Below are positions 1 through 13,200 of a stretch of DNA of 64,000 nucleotides, piece after piece (the first letter of the stretch is position 1; each line of letters starts with the position of its first letter). The translations under genes and the position numbers were made by a program. The notes beneath the pieces were generated by a model that made no database searches, had not been told where the DNA came from, and worked only from the letters and a program-made list of their open reading frames with translations. The DNA comes from Eledone cirrhosa (lineage: Eukaryota), in NCBI GenBank assembly GCA_964016885.1, contig OZ024740.1, positions 46,810,001 to 46,874,000 on the forward strand. Direction: 5' to 3'.

Positions 1-2879
1 AACGAATGGGGGAATGAAGGAAAGTAGGAAGGAAGGTAGGTAGGATTCAGGGAAGGAATGGGGGAATGAAGGAAAGTAGGAAGAAAGGCAGGTAGGATTC
101 AGGGAAGGAATGAGGGAATGAAGGAAAGCAGGAGGGAAGGTAGGAAGGATTCAGGGAAGGAATGGGGGAATGAAGGAAGGTAGGAAGTATTCAGGGAAGG
201 AATGGGGGAATGAAGGAAAACAGGAAGGAAGGTAGGAAGGATTCAGGGAAGGAATGGGGGAATGAAGGAAGGTAGGAAGGATTCAGGGAAGGAATGGCTG
301 AATGAAGGAAAGTTCTAAGGAAGGTAGGAAGGATTCAGGAAAGGAATTGGGGAATGAAGGAAAGTAGGAAGGAAGGTAAGAAGGATTCAGGGAAGGAATG
401 GGGGAATGAAGGAAAGTAGGAAGGAAGGTAGGAAGGATTCAGGGAAGGAATGAGGGAATGAAGGAAAGTAGGAAGGAAGGTAAGAAAGATTCAGGGAAGG
501 AATGGGGGAATGAAGGAGAGTGGGAAGAAAGGTAGGAAGGATTCAGGGAAGGAATGGTAGAATGAAGGAAAGTAGGAAGGAAGGTTGGAAGGATTCAGGG
601 AAGGAATGGGGGAATGAAAAAGTAGGAAGGAAGGTAAGAAGGAATCAGGGAAGGAATGTGGAATGAAGGAAAGTAGGAACGTAGGTAGGATGGATTCAGG
701 GAAGGAATGGGGGAATGAAGGAAAGTAGGAAGGAAGGTAGGAAGGATTCAGGGAAGGAATGGGGGAATGAAAGAAAGCAGGAAGGAAGGTAGGAAGGATT
801 CAGGGAAGGAAAGCAGGGAGGAAGGTAGGAAGGATTCAGGGAAGGAATGGAGGAATGAAGGAAAGTAGGAAGAAAGGTAGGAATGATTTTGGGAAGGAAT
901 GGGGGAATGAAGGAAAGTAGGAAGGAAGGATTCAGGGAAGGAATGGGGGAATGAAGGAAAGTAGGAAGGAAGAAGGAAGGTAGGAAGGATTCAGGTAAGG
1001 AATGGGGGAATGAAGGAAAGTAGGAAGGATTCAGGGAAGGATTCAGGGAAGGAATGGGGGAATGAAGGAAAGTAGGAAGGAAGGTAGGAAGGATTCAGGG
1101 AAGGAATGGGGGAATGAAGGAAAGTAGGAAGGAAGGTAGGAAGGATTCAGGGAAGGAATGGGGGAATGAAGGAAAGTAGGAAGGAAGGTAGGACGGATTC
1201 AGGGAAGGAATGGGGGAATGAAGAAAAGTAGGGAGGAAGGTAGGAAGGATTCAGGGAAGGAATGGGGAAATGAAGGAAAGTAGGAAGGAAGGTAGGTAGG
1301 ATTCAGAGAAGGAATGGGGGAATGAAGGAAAGAAGGAAGGAAGGTAGGAAGGATTCAGGGATTGAATGGGGGAATGAAGGAAAGCTGGAAGGAAGGTAGG
1401 AAGGATTTAGGGAAGGAATGGGGGAATGAAGGAAAGTAGGAAGAAAGGTAGGAAGGATTTAGGGAAAGAATGGGGGAATGAAGGAAAGCAGGAAGGAAGG
1501 TAGGAAGGATTTAGGGAAGGAATGGGGGAATGAAGGAAAGTAGGAAGAAAGGTAGGAAGGATTCAGGGAAGGAATGGGGGAATGAAGGAAAGCAGGAAGG
1601 AAGGTAGGAAGGATTCAGGGAAGGAATGGGGAATGAAGGAAAGTAGGAAGAAAGGTAGGAAGGATTTAGGGAAAGAATGGGGGAATGAAGGAAAGCAGGA
1701 AGGAAGGTAGGAAGGATTTAGGGAAGGAATGGGGGAATGAAGGAAAGTAGGAATGAAGGTAGGAAGGATTCAGGGAAGGAATGTGGGAATGAAGGAAAGT
1801 AGGAAGAAAGGTAGGAAGGATTCAGGGAAGGAATGGGGGAATGAAGGAAAGTAGGTAGGAAGGTAGGTAGGATTCAGGGAAGGAATGGGGAATGAAGGAA
1901 AGTAGGAAGGAAGGTAGGTAGGATTCAGGGAAGGAATGGGGGAATAAAGGAAAGTAAGAAGGAAGGTAGGTAGGATTCAGGGAAGGAATTCGGAATGAAG
2001 GAAAGTAGGAAGGAAGGTAGGAAGCATTCAGCGAAGGAATGTGGAATCAAGGAATGTAGGAAGGAAGGTAGGAAGTATTCAGGAAAGGAATGGGGGAATG
2101 AAGGAAACTAGGAAGGAAGGTAGGAAGAATTCAGGGAACGAATGGGGAAATGAAGGAAAGTAGGAAGAAAGGTAGGAAGAATTCAGGGAAGGAATGGGGG
2201 AATGAAGGAAAGTAGGAAGGAAGGTAGGTAAGATTCAGGGAAGGAATGGTGGAGTGAATGAAAGTAGGAAGAAAGGTAGGTAGGATTCAGGGAAGGAATG
2301 GGGGAATGAAGGAAATTAGGAAGGAAGGTAGGAAGGATTCAGTGAAGGAATGGGGGAATGAAGGAAAGCAGGAAGAAAGGTAGGAAGGATTCAGGGAAGG
2401 AATGGGGGAATGAAGGAAAGTAGGAAGAAAGGTAGGAAGGATTCAGGGAAGGAATGGGGGAATGAAGTAAAGCAGGAAGGAAGGTAGGAAGGATTCAGGG
2501 AAGGAATGGGGGAATGAAGGAAAGTAAGAAGAAAGGTAGGAAGGATTCAGGGAAGGAATGGGGGAATGAAGGAAAGTAGGAAGAAAGGTAGGAAGGATTC
2601 AGGAAGGAATGGGGGAATGAAGGAAAGTAGGAAGGAAGGTAGGGAGGATTCAGGGAAGGAATGGGGGAATGAAGGAAAGTAGGAAGGAAGGTAGGAACGA
2701 TTCAGGGAAGGAATGGGGGAATGACGGAAAGTAGGAAGGAAGGTAGGAAAGATTCAGGGAAGGAATGGGGGAATGAAGGAAAGTAGGAAGGAAGGTAGGA
2801 AGGATTCAGGGAAGAAATGGGGGAATGAAGGAAAGTAGGAAGAAAGGTAGGAAGGATTCAGGGAAGGAATGGGGGAATG

Positions 2880-4200
2880 AAGGAAAGTAGGAAGAAAGGT
2901 AGGTAGGATTCAGGGAAGGAATGGGGGAATGAAGGAAAGCAGGAAGGAAGGTAGGAAGGATTTAGGGAAGGAATGGGGGAATGAAGGAAAGTAGGAAGAA
3001 AGGTAGGAAGGATTCAGAGAAGGAATGGGGAAATGAAGGAAAGTAGGAAGGAAGGTAAGAAAGATTCAGGGAAGGAATGGGGGAATGAAGGAGAGTGGGA
3101 AGAAAGGTAGGAAGGATTCAGGGAAGGAATGGTAGAATGAAGGAAAGTAGGAAGGAAGGTTGGAAGGATTCGGGGAAGGAATGGGGGAATGAAGGAAAGT
3201 AGGAAGGAAGGTAAGAAGGAATCAGGGAAGGAATGGGGGAATGAAGGAAAGTAGGAAGGTAGGTAGGAAGGATTCAGGGAAGGAATGGGGGAATGAAGGA
3301 AAGTAGGAAGGAAGGTAGGAAGGATTCAGGGAAGGAATGGGGGAATGAAGTAAAGCAGGAAGAAAGGTAGGAAGGATTCAGGGAAGGAAAGCAGAGAGGA
3401 AGGTAGGAAGGATTCAGGGAAGGAATGGAGGAATGAAGGAAAGCAGGAAGAAAGGTAGGAAGGATTCAGGGAAGGAATGGGGGAATGAAGGAAAGTAGGA
3501 AGGAAAGTAGGAAGGAAAGTAGGAAGGAAGGATTCAGGGAAGGAATGGGGGAATGAAGGAAAGTAGGAAGGAAGGTAGGTAGGATTCAGGGAAGGAATTG
3601 GGGAATGAAGGAAAGTAGGAAGGAAGGTAGGAAGGATTCAGGGAAGGAATGGGGGAATGAAGGAAAGTAGGAAGAAAGGTAGGTAGGATTCAGGGAAGGA
3701 ATGGGGGAATGAAGGAAAGCAGGAAGGAAGGTAGGAAGGATTTAGGGAAGGAATGGGGGAATGAAGGAAAGTAGGAAGAAAGGTAGGAAGGATTCAGAGA
3801 AGGAATGGGGGAATGAAGGAAAGTAGGAAGGAAGGTAAGAAAGATTCAGGGAAGGAATGGGGGAATGAAGGAGAGTGGGAAGAAAGGTAGGAAGGATTCA
3901 GGGAATGAATGGTAGAATGAAGGAAAGTAGGAAGGAAGGTTGGAAGGATTCAGGGAAGGAATGGGAGAATGAAGGAAAGTAGGAAGGAAGGTAAGAAGGA
4001 ATCAGGGAAGGAATGGGGGAATGAAGGAAAGTAGGAAGGTAGGTAGGAAGGATTCAGGGAAGGAATGGGGGAATGAAGAAAAGTAGGAAGGAAGGTAGGA
4101 AGGATTCAGGGAAGGAATGGGGGAATGAAGGAGAGTGGTAAGAAAGGTAGGAAGGATTCAGGGAAGGAATGGGAGAATGAAGGAAAGTAGGAAGGAAGGT
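2880..4200 (+). repeat. About 780-bp (15 monomer-lengths) tandem duplication at the start of the HOR domain
   Basis: The variant GATTCAGAGAAGG occurs at 3011 and 3791. It is followed by the same series in both places (GTAAGAAAGATT, GAGAGTGGG, GGTAGAATG, GGTTGG, GGAATCAGGG) at +780. Confidence 0.75.
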
Positions 4201-7200
4201 AGGAAGGATTCAGGGAAGGAATGGGGGAATGAAGGAAAGTAGGAAGGAAGGTAAGAAGGATTCAGGGAAGGAATGGGGGAATGAAGGCAAGCAGGAAGGA
4301 AGGAAGGTAGTAAGGATTCAGGGAAGGAATGGGGGAATGAAGGAAAGCAGGAAGAAAGGTAGGAAGGATTCAGGGAAGGAATGGGGGAATGAAGGAAAGC
4401 AGGAAGGAAGGTAGGAAGGATTCAGGGAAGGAAAGCAGGAAGGAAGGTAGGAAGGATTCAGGGAAGGAATGGAGGAATGAAGGAAAGTAGGAAGAAAGGT
4501 AGGAATGATTTTGGGAAGGAATGGAGGAATGAAGGTAAGCAGGAAGTAAGGTAGGAAGGATTCAGGGAAGGAATGGGGGGAATGAAGGAAAGTAGGAAGA
4601 AAGGTAGGAATGATTTACGGAAGGAATAGGGGAATGAAGGAAAGCAGGAAGGAAGGTAGGAAGGATTCAGGGAAGGAATGGGGGAATGAAGGAAAGTAGG
4701 AAGAAAGGTAGGAACGATTCAGGGAAGGAATGGGGGAATGAAGGAAAGCAGGAAGGAAGGTAGGAAGGATTTTTAGGGAAGGAATGGGGGAATAAAGGAA
4801 AGTAGGAAGGAAGGTAGGAAGGATTCAGGGAAGGAATGGGGGAATGAAGGAAAGTAAGAAGAGAGGTAGGAAGGATTCAGGGAAGGAATGGGGGAATGAA
4901 GGAAAGTAGGAAGGAAGGTAGGTAGGATTAAGGGAAGGAATGGGAGAATGAAGGAAAGTAGGAAGGAAGAAAGGTAGGAAGGATTCAGGGAAGGAATGTG
5001 GGAATAAAGGAAAGTAGGAAGGAAGGTAGGTAGGATTCAGGGAAGGAATGGGGGAATGAAGGAAAGTAGGAAGAAAGGTAGGTAGGATTCAGGGAAGGAA
5101 TGGGGAATGAAGGAAAGTAGGCGAAAGGTAGGAAGGATTCAGGGAACGAATGGGGGAATGAAGGAAAGTAGGAAGAAAGGCAGGTAGGATTCAGGGAAGG
5201 AATGAGGGAATGAAGGAAAGCAGGAGGGAAGGTAGGAAGGATTCAGGGAAGGAATGGGGGAATGAAGGAAGGTAGGAAGTATTCAGGGAAGGAATGGGGG
5301 AATGAAGGAAAACAGGAAGGAAGGTAGGAAGGATTCAGGGAAGGAATGGGGGAATGAAGGAAGGTAGGAAGGATTCAGGGAAGGAATGGCTGAATGAAGG
5401 AAAGTAGTATGGAAGGTAGGAAGGATTCAGGAAAGGAATGGGGGAATGAAGGAAAGTAGGAAGGAAGGTAAGAAGGATTCAGGGAAGGAATGGGGGAATG
5501 AAGTAAAGTAGGAAGGAAGGTAGGAAGGATTCAGGGAAGGAATGAGGGAATGAAGGAAAGTAGGAAGGAAGGTAAGAAAGATTCAGGGAAGGAATGGGGG
5601 AATCAAGGAGAGTGGGAAGAAAGGTAGGAAGGATTCAGGGAAGGAATGGTAGAATGAAGGAAAGTAGGAAGGAAGGTTGGAAGGATTCAGGGAAGGAATG
5701 GGGGAATGAAGGAAAGTAGGAAGGAAGGTAAGAAGGAATCAGGGAAGGAATGGGGGAATGAAGGAAAGTAGGAAGTTAGGTAGGAAGGATTCAGGGAAGG
5801 AATGGGGGAATGAAGGAAAGTAGGAAGGAAGGTAGGAAGGATTCAGGGAAGGAATGGGGGAATGAAGGAAAACAGGAAGGAAGGTAGGAAGGATTCAGGG
5901 AAGGAAAGCAGGGAGGAAGGTAGGAAGGATTCAGGGAAGGAATGGAGGAATGAAGGAAAGTTGGAAGAAAGGTAGGAATGATTTTGGGAAGGAATGGGGG
6001 AATGAAGGAAAGTAGGAAGGAAGGATTCAGGGAAGGAATGGGGGAATGAAGGAAAGTAGGAAGGAAGGTTGGAAGGATTCGGGGAAGGAATGGGGGAATG
6101 AAGGAAAGTAGGAAGGAAGGTAAGAAGGAATCAGGGAAGGAATGGGGGAATGAAGGAAAGTAGGAAGGAAGGTAGGAAGGATTCAGGGAAGGAATGGGGG
6201 AATGAAGTAAAGCAGGAAGAAAGGTAGGAAGGATTCAGGGAAGGAAAGCAGAGAGGAAGGTAGGAAGGATTCAGGGAAGGAATGGAGGAATGAAGGAAAG
6301 CAGGAAGAAAGGTAGGAAGGATTCAGGGAAGGAATGGGGGAATGAAGGAAAGTAGGAAGGAAAGTAGGAAGGAAAGTAGGAAGGAAGGATTCAGGGAAGG
6401 AATGGGGGAATGAAGGAAAGTAGGAAGGAAGGTAGGTAGGATTCAGGGAAGGAATTGGGGAATGAAGGAAAGTAGGAAGGAAGGTAGGAAGGATTCAGGG
6501 AAGGAATGGGGGAATGAAGGAAAGTAGGAAGAAAGGTAGGTAGGATTCAGGGAAGGAATGGGGGAATGAAGGAAAGCAGGAAGGAAGGTAGGAAGGATTT
6601 AGGGAAGGAATGGGGGAATGAAGGAAAGTAGGAAGAAAGGTAGGAAGGATTCAGAGAAGGAATGGGGGAATGAAGGAAAGTAGGAAGGAAGGTAAGAAAG
6701 ATTCAGGGAAGGAATGGGGGAATGAAGGAGAGTGGGAAGAAAGGTAGGAAGGATTCAGGGAATGAATGGTAGAATGAAGGAAAGTAGGAAGGAAGGTTGG
6801 AAGGATTCAGGGAAGGAATGGGAGAATGAAGGAAAGTAGGAAGGAAGGTAAGAAGGAATCAGGGAAGGAATGGGGGAATGAAGGAAAGTAGGAAGGTAGG
6901 TAGGAAGGATTCAGGGAAGGAATGGGGGAATGAAGAAAAGTAGGAAGGAAGGTAGGAAGGATTCAGGGAAGGAATGGGGGAATGAAGGAGAGTGGTAAGA
7001 AAGGTAGGAAGGATTCAGGGAAGGAATGGCAGAATGAAGGAAAGTAGGAAGGAAGGTAGGAAGGATTCAGGGAAGGAATGGGGGAATGAAGGAAAGTAGG
7101 AAGGAAGGTAAGAAGGATTCAGGGAAGGAATGGGGGAATGAAGGCAAGCAGGAAGGAAGGAAGGTAGTAAGGATTCAGGGAAGGAATGGGGGAATGAAGG

Positions 7201-10200
7201 AAAGCAGGAAGAAAGGTAGGAAGGATTCAGGGAAGGAATGGGGGAATGAAGGAAAGCAGGAAGGAAGGTAGGAAGGATTCAGGGAAGGAAAGCAGGAAGG
7301 AAGGTAGGAAGGATTCAGGGAAGGAATGGAGGAATGAAGGAAAGTAGGAAGAAAGGTAGGAATGATTTTGGGAAGGAATGGAGGAATGAAGGTAAGCAGG
7401 AAGTAAGGTAGGAAGGATTCAGGGAAGGAATGGGGGGAATGAAGGAAAGTAGGAAGGAAGGTAGGTAGGATTAAGGGAAGGAATGGGAGAATGAAGGAAA
7501 GTAGGAAGGAAGAAAGGTAGGAAGGATTCAGGGAAGGAATGTGGGAATAAAGGAAAGTAGGAAGGAAGGTAGGTAGGATTCAGGGAAGGAATGGGGGAAT
7601 GAAGGAAAGTAGGAAGAAAGGTAGGTAGGATTCAGGGAAGGAATGGGGAATGAAGGAAAGTAGGAAGAAAGGTAGGAAGGATTCAGGGAACGAATGGGGG
7701 AATGAAGGAAAGTAGGAAGAAAGGCAGGTAGGATTCAGGGAAGGAATGAGGGAATGAAGGAAAGCAGGAGGGAAGGTAGGAAGGATTCAGGGAAGGAATG
7801 GGGGAATGAAGGAAGGTAGGAAGTATTCAGGGAAGGAATGGGGGAATGAAGGAAAACAGGAAGGAAGGTAGGAAGGATTCAGGGAAGGAATGGGGGAATG
7901 AAGGAAGGTAGGAAGGATTCAGGGAAGGAATGGCTGAATGAAGGAAAGTAGTATGGAAGGTAGGAAGGATTCAGGAAAGGAATGGGGGAATGAAGGAAAG
8001 TAGGAAGGAAGGTAAGAAGGATTCAGGGAAGGAATGGGGGAATGAAGTAAAGTAGGAAGGAAGGTAGGAAGGATTCAGGGAAGGAATGAGGGAATGAAGG
8101 AAAGTAGGAAGGAAGGTAAGAAAGATTCAGGGAAGGAATGGGGGAATGAAGGAGAGTGGGAAGAAAGGTAGGAAGGATTCAGGGAAGGAATGGTAGAATG
8201 AAGGAAAGTAGGAAGGAAGGTTGGAAGGATTCAGGGAAGGAATGGGGGAATGAAGGAAAGTAGGAAGGAAGGTAAGAAGGAATCAGGGAAGGAATGGGGG
8301 AATGAAGGAAAGTAGGAAGTTAGGTAGGAAGGATTCAGGGAAGGAATGGGGGAATGAAGGAAAGTAGGAAGGAAGGTAGGAAGGATTCAGGGAAGGAATG
8401 GGGGAATGAAGGAAAACAGGAAGGAAGGTAGGAAGGATTCAGGGAAGGAAAGCAGGGAGGAAGGTAGGAAGGATTCAGGGAAGGAATGGAGGAATGAAGG
8501 AAAGTTGGAAGAAAGGTAGGAATGATTTTGGGAAGGAATGGGGGAATGAAGGAAAGTAGGAAGGAAGGATTCAGGGAAGGAATGGGGGAATGAAGGAAAG
8601 TAGGAAGGAAGGTTGGAAGGATTCGGGGAAGGAATGGGGGAATGAAGGAAAGTAGGAAGGAAGGTAAGAAGGAATCAGGGAAGGAATGGGGGAATGAAGG
8701 AAAGTAGGAAGGAAGGTAGGAAGGATTCAGGGAAGGAATGGGGGAATGAAGTAAAGCAGGAAGAAAGGTAGGAAGGATTCAGGGAAGGAAAGCAGAGAGG
8801 AAGGTAGGAAGGATTCAGGGAAGGAATGGAGGAATGAAGGAAAGCAGGAAGAAAGGTAGGAAGGATTCAGGGAAGGAATGGGGGAATGAAGGAAAGTAGG
8901 AAGGAAAGTAGGAAGGAAAGTAGGAAGGAAGGATTCAGGGAAGGAATGGGGGAATGAAGGAAAGTAGGAAGGAAGGTAGGTAGGATTCAGGGAAGGAATT
9001 GGGGAATGAAGGAAAGTAGGAAGGAAGGTAGGAAGGATTCAGGGAAGGAATGGGGGAATGAAGGAAAGTAGGAAGAAAGGTAGGTAGGATTCAGGGAAGG
9101 AATGGGGGAATGAAGGAAAGCAGGAAGGAAGGTAGGAAGGATTTAGGGAAGGAATGGGGGAATGAAGGAAAGTAGGAAGAAAGGTAGGAAGGATTCAGAG
9201 AAGGAATGGGGGAATGAAGGAAAGTAGGAAGGAAGGTAAGAAAGATTCAGGGAAGGAATGGGGGAATGAAGGAGAGTGGGAAGAAAGGTAGGAAGGATTC
9301 AGGGAATGAATGGTAGAATGAAGGAAAGTAGGAAGGAAGGTTGGAAGGATTCAGGGAAGGAATGGGAGAATGAAGGAAAGTAGGAAGGAAGGTAAGAAGG
9401 AATCAGGGAAGGAATGGGGGAATGAAGGAAAGTAGGAAGGTAGGTAGGAAGGATTCAGGGAAGGAATGGGGGAATGAAGAAAAGTAGGAAGGAAGGTAGG
9501 AAGGATTCAGGGAAGGAATGGGGGAATGAAGGAGAGTGGTAAGAAAGGTAGGAAGGATTCAGGGAAGGAATGGCAGAATGAAGGAAAGTAGGAAGGAAGG
9601 TAGGAAGGATTCAGGGAAGGAATGGGGGAATGAAGGAAAGTAGGAAGGAAGGTAAGAAGGATTCAGGGAAGGAATGGGGGAATGAAGGCAAGCAGGAAGG
9701 AAGGAAGGTAGTAAGGATTCAGGGAAGGAATGGGGAAATGAAGGAAAGCAGGAAGAAAGGTAGGAAGGATTCAGGGAAGGAATGGGGGAATGAAGGAAAG
9801 CAGGAAGGAAGGTAGGAAGGATTCAGGGAAGGAAAGCAGGAAGGAAGGTAGGAAGGATTCAGGGAAGGAATGGAGGAATGAAGGAAAGTAGGAAGAAAGG
9901 TAGGAATGATTTTGGGAAGGAATGGAGGAATGAAGGTAAGCAGGAAGTAAGGTAGGAAGGATTCAGGGAAGGAATGGGGGGAATGAAGGAAAGTAGGAAG
10001 AAAGGTAGGAATGATTTACGGAAGGAATAGGGGAATGAAGGAAAGCAGGAAGGAAGGTAGGAAGGATTCAGGGAAGGAATGGGGGAATGAAGGAAAGTAG
10101 GAAGAAAGGTAGGAACGATTCAGGGAAGGAATGGGGGAATGAAGGAAAGCAGGAAGGAAGGTAGGAAGGATTTTTAGGGAAGGAATGGGGGAATAAAGGA

Positions 10201-13200
10201 AAGTAGGAAGGAAGGTAGGAAGGATTCAGGGAAGGAATGGGGGAATGAAGGAAAGTAAGAAGAGAGGTAGGAAGGATTCAGGGAAGGAATGGGGGAATGA
10301 AGGAAAGTAGGAAGGAAGGTAGGTAGGATTAAGGGAAGGAATGGGAGAATGAAGGAAAGTAGGAAGGAAGAAAGGTAGGAAGGATTCAGGGAAGGAATGT
10401 GGGAATAAAGGAAAGTAGGAAGGAAGGTAAGAAAGATTCAGGGAAGGAATCAGGGAATGAAGGAGAGTGGGAAGAAAGGTAAGAAGGATTCAGGGAAGGA
10501 ATGGTAGAATGAAGGAAAGTAGGAAGGAAGGTTGGAAGGATTCAGGGAAGGAATGGGGGAATGAAGGAAAGTAGGAAGGAAGGTAAGAAGGAATCAGGGA
10601 AGGAATGGGGGAATGAAGGAAAGTAGGAAGTTAGGTAGGAAGGATTCAGGGAAGGAATGGGGGAATGAAGGAAAGTAGGAAGGAAGGTAGGAAGGATTCA
10701 GGGAAGGAATGGGGGAATGAAGGAAAACAGGAAGGAAGGTAGGAAGGATTCAGGGAAGGAAAGCAGGGAGGAAGGTAGGAAGGATTCAGGGAAGGAATGG
10801 AGGAATGAAGGAAAGTTGGAAGAAAGGTAGGAATGATTTTGGGAAGGAATGGGGGAATGAAGGAAAGTAGGAAGGAAGGATTCAGGGAAGGAATGGGGGA
10901 ATGAAGGAAAGTAGGAAGGAAGGTTGGAAGGATTCGGGGAAGGAATGGGGGAATGAAGGAAAGTAGGAAGGAAGGTAAGAAGGAATCAGGGAAGGAATGG
11001 GGGAATGAAGGAAAGTAGGAAGGAAGGTAGGAAGGATTCAGGGAAGGAATGGGGGAATGAAGTAAAGCAGGAAGAAAGGTAGGAAGGATTCAGGGAAGGA
11101 AAGCAGAGAGGAAGGTAGGAAGGATTCAGGGAAGGAATGGAGGAATGAAGGAAAGCAGGAAGAAAGGTAGGAAGGATTCAGGGAAGGAATGGGGGAATGA
11201 AGGAAAGTAGGAAGGAAAGTAGGAAGGAAAGTAGGAAGGAAGGATTCAGGGAAGGAATGGGGGAATGAAGGAAAGTAGGAAGGAAGGTAGGTAGGATTCA
11301 GGGAAGGAATTGGGGAATGAAGGAAAGTAGGAAGGAAGGTAGGAAGGATTCAGGGAAGGAATGGGGGAATGAAGGAAAGTAGGAAGAAAGGTAGGTAGGA
11401 TTCAGGGAAGGAATGGGGGAATGAAGGAAAGCAGGAAGGAAGGTAGGAAGGATTTAGGGAAGGAATGGGGGAATGAAGGAAAGTAGGAAGAAAGGTAGGA
11501 AGGATTCAGAGAAGGAATGGGGGAATGAAGGAAAGTAGGAAGGAAGGTAAGAAAGATTCAGGGAAGGAATGGGGGAATGAAGGAGAGTGGGAAGAAAGGT
11601 AGGAAGGATTCAGGGAATGAATGGTAGAATGAAGGAAAGTAGGAAGGAAGGTTGGAAGGATTCAGGGAAGGAATGGGAGAATGAAGGAAAGTAGGAAGGA
11701 AGGTAAGAAGGAATCAGGGAAGGAATGGGGGAATGAAGGAAAGTAGGAAGGTAGGTAGGAAGGATTCAGGGAAGGAATGGGGGAATGAAGAAAAGTAGGA
11801 AGGAAGGTAGGAAGGATTCAGGGAAGGAATGGGGGAATGAAGGAGAGTGGTAAGAAAGGTAGGAAGGATTCAGGGAAGGAATGGGAGAATGAAGGAAAGT
11901 AGGAAGGAAGGTAGGAAGGATTCAGGGAAGGAATGGGGGAATGAAGGAAAGTAGGAAGGAAGGTAAGAAGGATTCAGGGAAGGAATGGGGGAATGAAGGC
12001 AAGCAGGAAGGAAGGAAGGTAGTAAGGATTCAGGGAAGGAATGGGGGAATGAAGGAAAGCAGGAAGAAAGGTAGGAAGGATTCAGGGAAGGAATGGGGGA
12101 ATGAAGGAAAGCAGGAAGGAAGGTAGGAAGGATTCAGGGAAGGAAAGCAGGAAGGAAGGTAGGAAGGATTCAGGGAAGGAATGGAGGAATGAAGGAAAGT
12201 AGGAAGAAAGGTAGGAATGATTTTGGGAAGGAATGGAGGAATGAAGGTAAGCAGGAAGTAAGGTAGGAAGGATTCAGGGAAGGAATGGGGGGAATGAAGG
12301 AAAGTAGGAAGAAAGGTAGGAATGATTTACGGAAGGAATAGGGGAATGAAGGAAAGCAGGAAGGAAGGTAGGAAGGATTCAGGGAAGGAATGGGGGAATG
12401 AAGGAAAGTAGGAAGAAAGGTAGGAACGATTCAGGGAAGGAATGGGGGAATGAAGGAAAGCAGGAAGGAAGGTAGGAAGGATTTTTAGGGAAGGAATGGG
12501 GGAATAAAGGAAAGTAGGAAGGAAGGTAGGAAGGATTCAGGGAAGGAATGGGGGAATGAAGGAAAGTAAGAAGAGAGGTAGGAAGGATTCAGGGAAGGAA
12601 TGGGGGAATGAAGGAAAGTAGGAAGGAAGGTAGGTAGGATTAAGGGAAGGAATGGGAGAATGAAGGAAAGTAGGAAGGAAGAAAGGTAGGAAGGATTCAG
12701 GGAAGGAATGTGGGAATAAAGGAAAGTAGGAAGGAAGGTAGGTAGGATTCAGGGAAGGAATGGGGGAATGAAGGAAAGTAGGAAGAAAGGGAGGTAGGAT
12801 TCAGGGAAGGAATGGGGAATGAAGGAAAGTAGGAAGAAAGGTAGGAAGGATTCAGGGAACGAATGGGGGAATGAAGGAAAGTAGGAAGAAAGGCAGGTAG
12901 GATTCAGGGAAGGAATGAGGGAATGAAGGAAAGCAGGAGGGAAGGTAGGAAGGATTCAGGGAAGGAATGGGGGAATGAAGGAAGGTAGGAAGTATTCAGG
13001 GAAGGAATGGGGGAATGAAGGAAAACAGGAAGGAAGGTAGGAAGGATTCAGGGAAGGAATGGGGGAATGAAGGAAGGTAGGAAGGATTCAGGGAAGGAAT
13101 GGCTGAATGAAGGAAAGTAGTATGGAAGGTAGGAAGGATTCAGGAAAGGAATGGGGGAATGAAGGAAAGTAGGAAGGAAGGTAAGAAGGATTCAGGGAAG

